Part shown: in pieces, positions 33,366-42,331 of the stretch
How the letters are laid out: each line of letters opens with the position of its first letter
Numbering within the stretch: position 1 is the first letter of the stretch
Source: Rebecca billardiae RCC1528
Lineage: Eukaryota; Protista; Haptophyta
NCBI GenBank assembly: GCA_965240325.2
Contig: OZ251224.1
Span: forward strand, 3,596,001 to 3,660,000
DNA length: 64,000 nt
Direction of reading: 5' to 3'
Notes under the pieces: generated by a model
What the model was told of the DNA's origin: nothing
What the model saw: the letters and a program-made list of their open reading frames with translations, nothing else
The model's database searches: none
Program-made: the position numbers and the translations under genes

Positions 33366-35474
33366 GGCCCGCGGTGCACCCTCCGTCGGCATATGCTGTC
33401 CGTCCAACGCGCGGCCGTAGCGGCAGCAGCAGCGCGGAGCGCCGTCGAGCACGCGCGGCAAACGAATAATGGAATATTATGCAGCGCGGGCGAGTCGACG
33501 GTCTGGAAAATGCGCGATCACGCCACAGCAGGCTGGCAGAGCCCGCCCGAGCTGCAGCATGCGCCGTAGGTGCTGCCCCAAGCTCTCGACTGCCCGTAAG
33601 CGGCGGCATGTGCCGGCGGCGCCGGCGGCGGCCATGCTGCCCCGCCGTTGCGCGCCACGGGGCGCTGCCGGCACCTCCGTGGTGAAGCGCACAGCGCTCG
33701 AGCCCACAGGGGCTGGCGACCGTCAAACCGACACCCCATGACGCGGGGCTGCGTGTGCCAGCTGCGCGCACCCCCTGGGCCCACCTGGCCCGCTCGAGCA
33801 GCTCGCGCCTTGGGTGCGCACAGCGGCTCGAGCATACTGGTATGGGACGCCTGCTGCCGCCGCTGCTGCGGTGCCGCCGAGCACGTGCGGCCGAGGGTCA
33901 CGCAGCACGGGCGACTCGACGGCGGCGAGCAGGCGCGACGGCCTCGCCGCGCCGCGGTAGAGCCTGCCCGGGCTGCAGCACGCCGTAGGAGCAGCCCAGC
34001 GCCCTCCTCCGCCCTCCAGCTTCGGCGCGCGTAGCAGGCCCGGCGGCGGCCATGCTGGCGTGCCCAAGCAAGCAGGCAGATGGGCGCGGCCGGCCGCGCC
34101 GTCGCAAAGCGCGCAGAACTCGAGCTCGGGGGGGCGGACGGCCGCCAAACTGGCGCCGCAGGACGTGGCACTGCGTGCGCCAGCTGCGCGCACCCGCTGC
34201 GCCCGCGTAGCCCGTGCGAGCGCCGCGCCTCGAGCACACGCCGCAGCAGCTCGACACAGCCACTGCAGCGCGCACGCAGCCTGCACGCCGTGGCCCGTCG
34301 GCATCTTGGAAGCCGCCGAGAGCGTGTGCTTTCCCCGCACGACGGCGGTAGCTGCCGCGATGTATACGAGCGTGCTGCCGCGCCGGCCGCCGCTGCCCGG
34401 CCGCCGCGCCGGCCTCCACTCCGCGCCCGCTGCGCGTCCGCAGCTGGCAGCTGCGCTGCTGCGCCCGCCGTCAGCCGGCGGCGGTGGCTGCCCGCGCTCG
34501 CTGGGCGACCACTCGATGATGCGCGCAGCGTAAAGTGCGCGCTGGGCACCTCCTCGTCGCGTGCAATTTCGAGGTAGTCCTGCATCTGCTCCTGCATCAG
34601 CCCCTCCCACCCTGCGCGCGGGCGCGGACGGAGTCGCACGCACGCGGTCCGATCGACGATCGATCGAGGGCGCGGGCCGCGGCAGCGGGACGGGCGTCGA
34701 CGCGCAGGTTAGTTAGGTATGGTGCCGGCGCTTCCCGCAGGCGTTGCGCGCTTGGGGCGAGTGGGGCGCGTGGGCGAGACCAGCAGCCAGCCAGCCCACG
34801 CCACCGGGGCGAGGGCACCGGCGCGGCGCGCACGCCTTTGCACGGCATCCAAACGCTGGCGGGCGGGTAACCTGTTTTCACAAGCGCCTCTCTTTCATTA
34901 TGGGCTTATGGCACAGGAGTTTAGATCGAGGTTCATCCATCGAGGCAAGCGGGTAACTGGCTTTAAATAGCGCTATTCAAAAGAATCTCTTTCAATATTA
35001 TGAGGAGGTTCATCCATCGAGGCAGACGGGTAACTTGGTTGGACAAGCGCCATTGAAAAGAATCTCTTTTAATATGACGAGGCGGTTCATCCATCGAGAC
35101 AGACGGGTAAGGTATTTGAACAAGCACTATTCAAAAGAATCTGGCTTCATATCTGTTTTCGACCCAAAACAATCAAACGTCGCTCGGCAAACTCGTACTT
35201 CAGCATACAAGAGGGATAGGAATACTCACTTGTTTCACCCCCGGGGTATCTGATCCCACGTCCGTCCATAGTAGATACAAGAATTGCAGCGGGCGCGGCC
35301 TTTTAAGCTGTGATGGACAGCATACCCCCCGCTCAAAAAGTCGAAAACTCACCCTCCAACAGCCCTCAAAATCGTCCCCCATCCCCTTTTCTTTGATCAA
35401 AAGATCTTTTTGACAACGTAGTGAGGGCCCCCGGCGGGGCTCCACGCTACGCGCTCCGCCCTGCACCGCGGGCC
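33366..35474. mobile_element. putative degenerate element with 13-bp inverted ends, hairpins and a subterminal tandem array
   Basis: GGCCCGCGGTGCA (33366-33378) / TGCACCGCGGGCC (35462-35474); CAACGTAGT near both ends; no TSD found. Confidence 0.4.
34864..35147. repeat. tandem array with a 77-bp period, about 3.5 copies
   Basis: Units start at 34928, 35005 and 35082: G(A/C)GGTTCATCCATCGAG..CGGGTAA(C/G)-N9-(C/A)(A/T)AGC..AAAAGAATCT. Confidence 0.9.
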
Positions 35475-35786
35475 ATTAATAATTTGGCATCATCACTCAC
35501 AGTCACAGACGATTGTCGATGCCGCTGATGACGATGCGTCACCATTCAATATTCATCCGTGATTGCGTCGCGCGACGACTGCTGTGATCTGACACTCACA
35601 CACGACTACAGCACAATTAGCATCGTCACTGCTCAATCAGTCTGTCTGTGAATCCTATTCCTAGGCGGTGTGATGATCGCGATATATCGGACAGCAGCAG
35701 AGTCAGAGCTACTCAGCTAGCCCGCCTGGGCCAGCCCGGCCCCGGGCCGGCGGGCGCGAGCTTCCATCCGCCTAAGTTCCGGAACG

Positions 35787-38700
35787 CTATGCCGGTGGGC
35801 GGCGCTGCCGTGGTCGCTCCGCCTCGCCCTCGTCGAGCAGTTCCATGGCCGACTGCATGAACGCATCCCAGTCGCTGCCGCTCACCAAGGTGAGGTCGGC
35901 GCGCGTCGTCGCGACGCGCTTCTCCTCCGCCTCCTCTCGCGCGCGCCGCTCGTGGCCGAGCTCCCAGCTCCGCTGGGCGACGGCCTGCTCAGCGGCGGGG
36001 CACGCGGGGCTCGGGATTGGCGCGGGCCACTGCGCCGCGCTCGGCGCCGCAGGGGGCGCCGCGCCGCCGGCCGCGCCGCCCTCGGCCGCGCCGGCTCCGA
36101 AGCGCAGCTCCTTGCCGTCGACGATCACGTGCACGCCGCCCGAGTGCTGCCGCGCGTCCGCGTCCGAGTTGAGCAGCCGCACGATGGTGCCGAGCACGCG
36201 GCCGTTCGGGTCGAGCTCGAGCGCGGGCTGCTCGATCTTCTGCAGCAGCAGCCGGTCGAGCTCGGCGCGCAGCTGGCGCGTGAGCACCGCCATCTTGGCC
36301 GCCATCGTGAAGCGCACGAAGCCGTCGTCGAGCGAGACGAGTGATTGGCTGTGCTCGACGCGCACGCGCCCGCCAAAGAGAAGCAGCGCGAACGGGCTGG
36401 CGGGGGTGAGCTCGCGCACGTACGTCTTGGTGGTCTTGACCACGCCGCCGTAGACGAGGAAGGGCGTCGGGAGCGCCGTCTGCTCCGCGACGATGGAGAG
36501 CGGGTGCACCGTCACGCGCGCGTGCACCTCGGTCTCAAAGTGGGGCCTCTGCGGCTGGCCCGCGCGGCCGCGGCGGCCGCGGCCGCGGCCGCGAGCGCCG
36601 CGGCCGGCCGCGGCCGGCTCGGCGGGCGGCTTGGTCACGCTCACCACGTTGGGGTACAGCCCTGCGCAGAGCACGGCGCGCACCATCTCGGCGTTGGCCG
36701 AGTGCGCGTTGTACGCCCGCCCGCCGAGCAGCGCACCCGCGCCGCCGCGCTCGGCGCCGCCACGGCCCGAGCCGGCGCGCGCGGCACCGCGGCGCGCGGC
36801 GCGGCCCCCGCGGCCCGCGCCCGCCGCGCCCTCCGCCCGCTCGGCGGCCGCGTCGCCGCCTGCCGCGCCGAGCTCGTCGGCGTCGAGGAAGCCGATCTCG
36901 CGCAGCAGCGCGACGAACTGCTGCATGAGCGGCTCGGCCGCGCGCAGCGCCTGCGCGGACACGAAGTTGGCGCTCGCCCACTCTCGCTCCGCGTGCGCGC
37001 CGCCCGCCGCCACCTGGCGCCACCGGCTGTGCAGCTCGAGCAGCAGCAGGTGGTCTGAGTACGGGTCCCGCGAGCCGAACGCGCGGTGCGCCTTGCTCGC
37101 CTCCGCGCGCTTGTCGAGAGGCACGAGCAGCGGCGACCTGCCGCCCGCGCAGATCGCGACGATCACGACGACAGGGTGGAGACAGCGCAGCATGCACGCG
37201 TACAGCAGCATCTTGCCGAGGCGGATGTCGACGGGCAGCGAGGCGAGGTGGTACCCGAGGGGCGTCAACAGCTCCGCTCGATCGATGGCCTGGAATTGCT
37301 CGAGCGTCTGCACCGCCTCGAGCACCGCCTCGTCGCTCGGTGGCTCGAGCGCGCGGCGCAGGAAGTCGCGCACGTCGCCAAGCCCGAGCATTTTGATCTG
37401 CAGGCAGAGCTCGTGCAACGGGACGCGCTGGATCTCGGGCGTTCCGAACGGCGCGAGCGCGGCGGCGCGCGCGCGCGTGTACAGCGCCCAGCACGAGCCC
37501 GCGCGCACGCGGCCCGCGCGGCCGCGGCGCTGCCGCCGGCTCGCGCCAGAGATCCACTCGAGCACCAGCCTGGGCAGCCTGTTCGCCACGTCATACTGCA
37601 TGCACTTGGCGCGGCCCGAGTCGACGACCGCGACGACGTCGTCGATGGTGATGCTCGTCTCGGCGATGTCGGTCGCCACCACCACCTTGCGCACGCCCGG
37701 CGGCGGCCGCTCGAACGCGAGCTGCTGGTCGGAGGTGGAGAGAGCCGAGTGCAGCGCGATCAGCCGTAGCCGCGCGCCGCCGAACGTGGGCTCGGCGCGC
37801 CTGAGCTCGGCGAGCAGCGCGTTCATCTCCGCCATCCCGGGCATGAAGACGAGGAAGGAGCCGTCGGCCGGCTCGGTGCGGTGCAGGTGGCGAAGGCACG
37901 CGACCGCTGCGTCCAGATCAATCTGGGACTCGTCGACGCGGCCGAGCGCGAGCAGCACTTCCCGCGCGAGGTGGGCGCCGTGCACGGAGGCGAGGTAGCG
38001 CACGCGCGCGGCCTCGTCGACCACACCCGCCGCCGCGCCGCTGCCTCTGGGCGCGCCGCCCTCCTCGACCACGCCGGCGCCGCCCGCGAAGAAGCCGGCG
38101 GCCGCCGCGGCGCCGTCCACGCTGTCCGCCCTCCGCCCGAAGCGCGAGCCGTCGACCGGCCGGTAGCCCGTCTCCACAAAGATCTCCTCGAGGTACCTCT
38201 CTTCGACGTCGTGCGTGGTGCCGGGGATGTGCAGCAGCGGCGCAGGCGCCGCGGCGTCGGCTGGCGCGGGCGCGGCGGCGGGCGGCGCGGTCTGCGCCGC
38301 GCCGCGCGGCTGAGCGAGCCCCGGCGGCGGCGGCGGCGGCGGCGCGCCGGCGGCGTGCACGTGAGCATCTCCTTCGTCGAAGTAGTCGGCGAAGATGCCT
38401 GCGTTGATCGTGGCTGACATGAGCACCACGCGCAGCTCGGGCCTCCGGCGCAGCAGCTCGCGCAGCACGACGAGGAGGAAGTCGCCGTCGACGGTGCGCT
38501 CGTGCACCTCGTCGACCAGCACGTGGCTCACGCCCTCGAGCTCCGTGTCCGCCTGCATGCGCCGCAGCAGCACGCCCGTCGTGCAGAACAGCAGGCGGGT
38601 GCGCGCCGAGCGGCGCGACTCGAGCCGCACCGAGTAGCCCACCGTCTCGCCGACGCGCTCGGCGCGCTCGGCGGCGACGCGCGTCGCGACGCCGATCGCG

Positions 38701-40979
38701 GCGAGGCGGCGCGGCTGCGTGACCACGATGCTGCAGCGCGCGCCCACGCCGGAGCGGATCGCGTCGTCCAGGATGAACTGAGGCACCTGAGTCGTCTTGC
38801 CGCAGCCCGTCTCGCCCGAGACGACAAGCACGCGGTGCGCGCGGAGCGCGCGCAGCACGGCGCCCTCCGATGCGGCGGCGGGCAGCGCGGCGCGCGCGCG
38901 CAGCATCCGCGCGTACTGCGGGTCCTGCCGCGCCTTGGCCTCGTGCGCGGCGCGCAGCCGTGCGCTCGCCTGCGCGGCCGAGCCGGGCTCGGCCGGCCGC
39001 GCGCGCCGCTGCGCCGAAAGCAGAGACGCGCGCGCGTGCTGCCGCATGCGTGCGATCGCCTCGTGCACGGCCGCGCCGTCCGCAGCGGCTGGCGCCGCCG
39101 CATCCGCGCCGCCGCTCGCGCCCGCCGTCTCCGGGGCCGCAGCGGGCGCCACGCCGCGCTCGGCTGCGCTCGCCTCGCCGCCGCCGTCCGAGCCAGCTGC
39201 CGCCGGGCAGCCCGCCGCCCGCTCCGCCTCCGCCTCCAACTTTCGCTGCTCCGACTCCTCGCGATTGAGTGCGAGCAGCTGCGCCACACGGCGCTCGCGC
39301 TCTGCCGCCTCGGCCTCCTCGCGCGCGCGCTGCTCCTCGAGCCTTCGCAGCGTGCGCGCGCGCGCATACTCTGCAGAGCTCAGCGGGACTCGCGCACCGC
39401 CGGTAGTGCGCGCCGGGGCGGCGCCGGCCGACGGCTCTGCGTCGGCGCCGGCACGCTCGCCTGCGCCGTCCGCGGCGTCGGCGGCAGCAGGCGCCTTCGC
39501 CTCGCCGACCGCGCGCAGCGAGCGCAGCAGCCTCGGCATCTGCTGCCGCAGCCAGTCGCACAGGTCGTACAGCTGCGGCTCGCCGCCCGCTCCGGCGCAG
39601 CCGGCGCCGGCCGCCGCGACCCGCCGCGCGCCCTCAAGCAGCAGCTGGCGCGTGAGCGCTCGGTTCGTCCGCGGCAGCAGCGCCGCGCAGCGCACGGCAA
39701 CGAGCGGCGGTTGGAGCGGGTAGTGCCAGCCGGCGTGCTCGCCGTGGAAGCAGTGCAGCCGCACGCGCAGCACGCCGTGCCCGCCCGCGTTCGCCGCTCG
39801 CCCCTCCGCGCCGATCTCGCCCGCAATCTCGAGATCGGCGATCTCGAGCGTGAGCACGAGGTGCTCGCTGCCGAGCTCGTCCTCCTCGGCTTGGTCGCCG
39901 GCGCGCGCGGAGGCGGCGCCACCGAGCGGCGCCGGCTCCGCCCCGTCCAGCTCGTCGAGCATGAGCAGCCCGGCGCCCTCCGCCGCCCGCTGCAGCTCGG
40001 GGCCGAGGGCGCACGCGGCCGGCCCGAGGATGGCGCGCAGCGCGCCAGCCTCCTCCGCGCGCGCGGCTGCCGCTGCCTCGCGCTCGGTGGCGGCGCACTC
40101 GCGCGCGCCGGCAAGGTGTGCGAGCTCTGCGCCACACGCGCGCGCGAGCTGTTCGCGGAGCAGCAGCGCCATCGCGCGCGCCTCGTCGCCGCGCGCCTCC
40201 TCGAGCGCGCGCTGCGCCCGCCCCTTGCCGAAGCCGAACCGCTCCAGGGCGCCCACCACCGCGCGCTCCCACGCGCTCAGCGCGCGGCTCGCGCTGGCGC
40301 CGCCGCCGGCGGCGCTGCCGGCGTCGTCGTCGTCGTCGTCGGACGAGCCGCCCCTCGGCGCGCCGCGCCGCTGCTCGTTCCGCACGATCTCGATCGAGCG
40401 CTGCCCCGCCGTGAAGCAGCGCGGCAGCAGCCGCGGCTCGACGTGCAGCACGAGCCAGTCGAGCGCGAGTGAGAGCAGGTGGCCCTTGCCGTCGAGCTGG
40501 CCGTCCTCTCGGCGCAGCACGAAGAGCGAGGCCTGGCGGACGTGCTCGTCGCGGAAGCCCAGGTCGCGCAGCGCGCGCGAGAGGTGCTGCGCCGTCTCGC
40601 CGCTCAGTGATGCCTCGTCCATCAGCTCGAGCTCGTCCTCGTCGGCCGCGCCGAGATCCTCGAGCAGATCGGCGATCGTCTCGACCATGTGCGGCGCCAT
40701 GCTCACCTTCATCGCGCCCGCCCCTGGCTTGTGACGCATCTCGGACAGCTGCAGCCGGAGGAAGCGCCGAAAGACCGCGTCCGCGCCGCCGCGCCGCGTC
40801 GCGCGCGGCAGCGGGGCGGCGCCGCCATCCTCCGCGCCTTGCAAAGCCGTGCCGCTCGCTGCGCCGTCGGCCTCGGGCGCCTTGCCGCTTGCAGCACGCA
40901 CCTGCGCAAGCCTCGCCTGGAACGCGCGCGTCTGCTGCTCCGCCTGCTCGCGATTGCGCCGGCTGTTGAACTTGCCCAT
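35787..40979 (-). CDS. DHX57: DExH-box RNA helicase, DHX57/DHX29-like, with UBA-like and RWD-like N-terminal regions
   Basis: GETGCGKTTQ, TQPRRLAA, DEVHER, MSAT, ATDIAETSITI, QRRGRAGR, HA2 (LTPLGYHLASLP) and LDWLVLHV; 1730 aa with no intron needed. Orthologue assignment is moderate. Confidence 0.88.
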   Translation of the reverse strand: MGKFNSRRNREQAEQQTRAFQARLAQVRAASGKAPEADGAASGTALQGAEDGGAAPLPRATRRGGADAVFRRFLRLQLSEMRHKPGAGAMKVSMAPHMVETIADLLEDLGAADEDELELMDEASLSGETAQHLSRALRDLGFRDEHVRQASLFVLRREDGQLDGKGHLLSLALDWLVLHVEPRLLPRCFTAGQRSIEIVRNEQRRGAPRGGSSDDDDDDAGSAAGGGASASRALSAWERAVVGALERFGFGKGRAQRALEEARGDEARAMALLLREQLARACGAELAHLAGARECAATEREAAAAARAEEAGALRAILGPAACALGPELQRAAEGAGLLMLDELDGAEPAPLGGAASARAGDQAEEDELGSEHLVLTLEIADLEIAGEIGAEGRAANAGGHGVLRVRLHCFHGEHAGWHYPLQPPLVAVRCAALLPRTNRALTRQLLLEGARRVAAAGAGCAGAGGEPQLYDLCDWLRQQMPRLLRSLRAVGEAKAPAAADAADGAGERAGADAEPSAGAAPARTTGGARVPLSSAEYARARTLRRLEEQRAREEAEAAERERRVAQLLALNREESEQRKLEAEAERAAGCPAAAGSDGGGEASAAERGVAPAAAPETAGASGGADAAAPAAADGAAVHEAIARMRQHARASLLSAQRRARPAEPGSAAQASARLRAAHEAKARQDPQYARMLRARAALPAAASEGAVLRALRAHRVLVVSGETGCGKTTQVPQFILDDAIRSGVGARCSIVVTQPRRLAAIGVATRVAAERAERVGETVGYSVRLESRRSARTRLLFCTTGVLLRRMQADTELEGVSHVLVDEVHERTVDGDFLLVVLRELLRRRPELRVVLMSATINAGIFADYFDEGDAHVHAAGAPPPPPPPGLAQPRGAAQTAPPAAAPAPADAAAPAPLLHIPGTTHDVEERYLEEIFVETGYRPVDGSRFGRRADSVDGAAAAAGFFAGGAGVVEEGGAPRGSGAAAGVVDEAARVRYLASVHGAHLAREVLLALGRVDESQIDLDAAVACLRHLHRTEPADGSFLVFMPGMAEMNALLAELRRAEPTFGGARLRLIALHSALSTSDQQLAFERPPPGVRKVVVATDIAETSITIDDVVAVVDSGRAKCMQYDVANRLPRLVLEWISGASRRQRRGRAGRVRAGSCWALYTRARAAALAPFGTPEIQRVPLHELCLQIKMLGLGDVRDFLRRALEPPSDEAVLEAVQTLEQFQAIDRAELLTPLGYHLASLPVDIRLGKMLLYACMLRCLHPVVVIVAICAGGRSPLLVPLDKRAEASKAHRAFGSRDPYSDHLLLLELHSRWRQVAAGGAHAEREWASANFVSAQALRAAEPLMQQFVALLREIGFLDADELGAAGGDAAAERAEGAAGAGRGGRAARRGAARAGSGRGGAERGGAGALLGGRAYNAHSANAEMVRAVLCAGLYPNVVSVTKPPAEPAAAGRGARGRGRGRRGRAGQPQRPHFETEVHARVTVHPLSIVAEQTALPTPFLVYGGVVKTTKTYVRELTPASPFALLLFGGRVRVEHSQSLVSLDDGFVRFTMAAKMAVLTRQLRAELDRLLLQKIEQPALELDPNGRVLGTIVRLLNSDADARQHSGGVHVIVDGKELRFGAGAAEGGAAGGAAPPAAPSAAQWPAPIPSPACPAAEQAVAQRSWELGHERRAREEAEEKRVATTRADLTLVSGSDWDAFMQSAMELLDEGEAERPRQRRPPA

Positions 40980-40996
40980 CGTGGGAGGCCAGCGCG

Positions 40997-41062
40997 CACT
41001 TGCGGGAGCTCACACTTGCGGGAGCTCACACTTGCGGGAGCTCACACTTGCGGAGCTCACAC
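40997..41062. repeat. 16-bp tandem repeat x4 immediately upstream of the helicase start
   Basis: (CACTTGCGGGAGCTCA)x3 plus one copy with a 1-bp deletion. Confidence 0.9.
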
Positions 41063-41206
41063 CGCTTGGTCCCGCGACGGGCCGACGGCGCCATCGTGGG
41101 CCGGCAACGCGGCTGGAAGGGCGCGTTCGCTGAACCTTCATTCATACCTAGGGCCACCGGATGCGCAAGTCAAAAGGCGTCCTCCCGCGGGCCGCCCAGC
41201 CTGAGC

Positions 41207-42271
41207 GAGGCCACTCGAGCGACTTCGTGTCTGGCGAGGCAGATCGCGCCAGTGCGTGGCGAGGCAGACGCTCGCCTGCCTCGCCGCTTGGCGAGGCAGC
41301 TAAGATAGTAAAGCCGCGGCCGAACTTTACGAAAGCCAAATGTCTGCCGGTGCGCCGCCCGTCTTTTGCGCACGGTGACAAGGGCGCGCGAGGGCGCTTC
41401 CTCACGATCCCGAAGAGCGCTGCGCGCGGCGTCGCGTTGGCGGCGGCAGCGGCGCTGGGGTGTATCTTGCCCATTCTGCGTGGCGGCGCGCTCTCATGAC
41501 GCCTCGGCCGCCGCCACGCCATGCGCGACCGGGCGTGTCGCCTTCTTGACGGGCAGTGCACACGCCCTTGCAAGCGCACAGCCGTGAAGAGCCGAGAGCG
41601 TCCGTCGCGAGCACGCCGCCCACGCGGGATGCGTTGCCAGGGCTATTCGTATGACACTGGGTGCTCGCGCTCTGGCATGTGCGAGCCAGGATGACCATGG
41701 GTAGCAGCTATGATGAGCACTGCTAACCTGCATTTCAGCCGATGACATCCTCTCGTTCAGCGATCTTGACTGCTCTGAACGCATGGCGAACTCGGCGAAG
41801 CGCATGCGCAAGGTGGCTTCGGTGACAGCATAACGCATCCCGCGTGGGCGGCGTGCTCGCGACGGACGCTCTCGGCTCTTCACGGCTGTGCGCTTGCAAG
41901 GGCGTGTGCACTGCCCGTCAAGAAGGCGACACGCCCGGTCGCGCATGGCGTGGCGGCGGCCGAGGCGTCATGAGAGCGCGCCGCCACGCAGAATGGGCAA
42001 GATACACCCCAGCGCCGCTGCCGCCGCCAACGCGACGCCGCGCGCAGCGCTCTTCGGGATCGTGAGGAAGCGCCCTCGCGCGCCCTTGTCACCGTGCGCA
42101 AAAGACGGGCGGCGCACCGGCAGACATTTGGCTTTCGTAAAGTTCCGCCGCGGCTTTACTAGCTTAGCTGCCTCGCCAAGCGGCGAGGCAGGCGAGCGTC
42201 TGCCTCGCCACGCACTGGCGCGATCTGCCTCGCCAGACACGAAGTCGCTCGAGCCTTGCTCGAGCGGCCTC
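41207..42271. mobile_element. non-autonomous foldback DNA transposon B with about 430-bp TIRs, a 196-bp spacer and a 5-bp TSD TGAGC
   Basis: Arms 41207-41635 / 41832-42271, with few mismatches and an 11-bp duplication in the right arm. Termini GAGGCCAC...GCGGCCTC. TGAGC at 41202-41206 and 42272-42276. Confidence 0.9.
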
Positions 42272-42331
42272 TGAGCGGCATTGCCGCGATCACATTGGTG
42301 GGGTCGGCGGAAGGCTGGGTGGGACGGCAAC

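Noticed and set aside
34864-35147. CRISPR array
   Set aside because: Eukaryotic context, no cas genes, variable part only 9 nt and units homologous throughout
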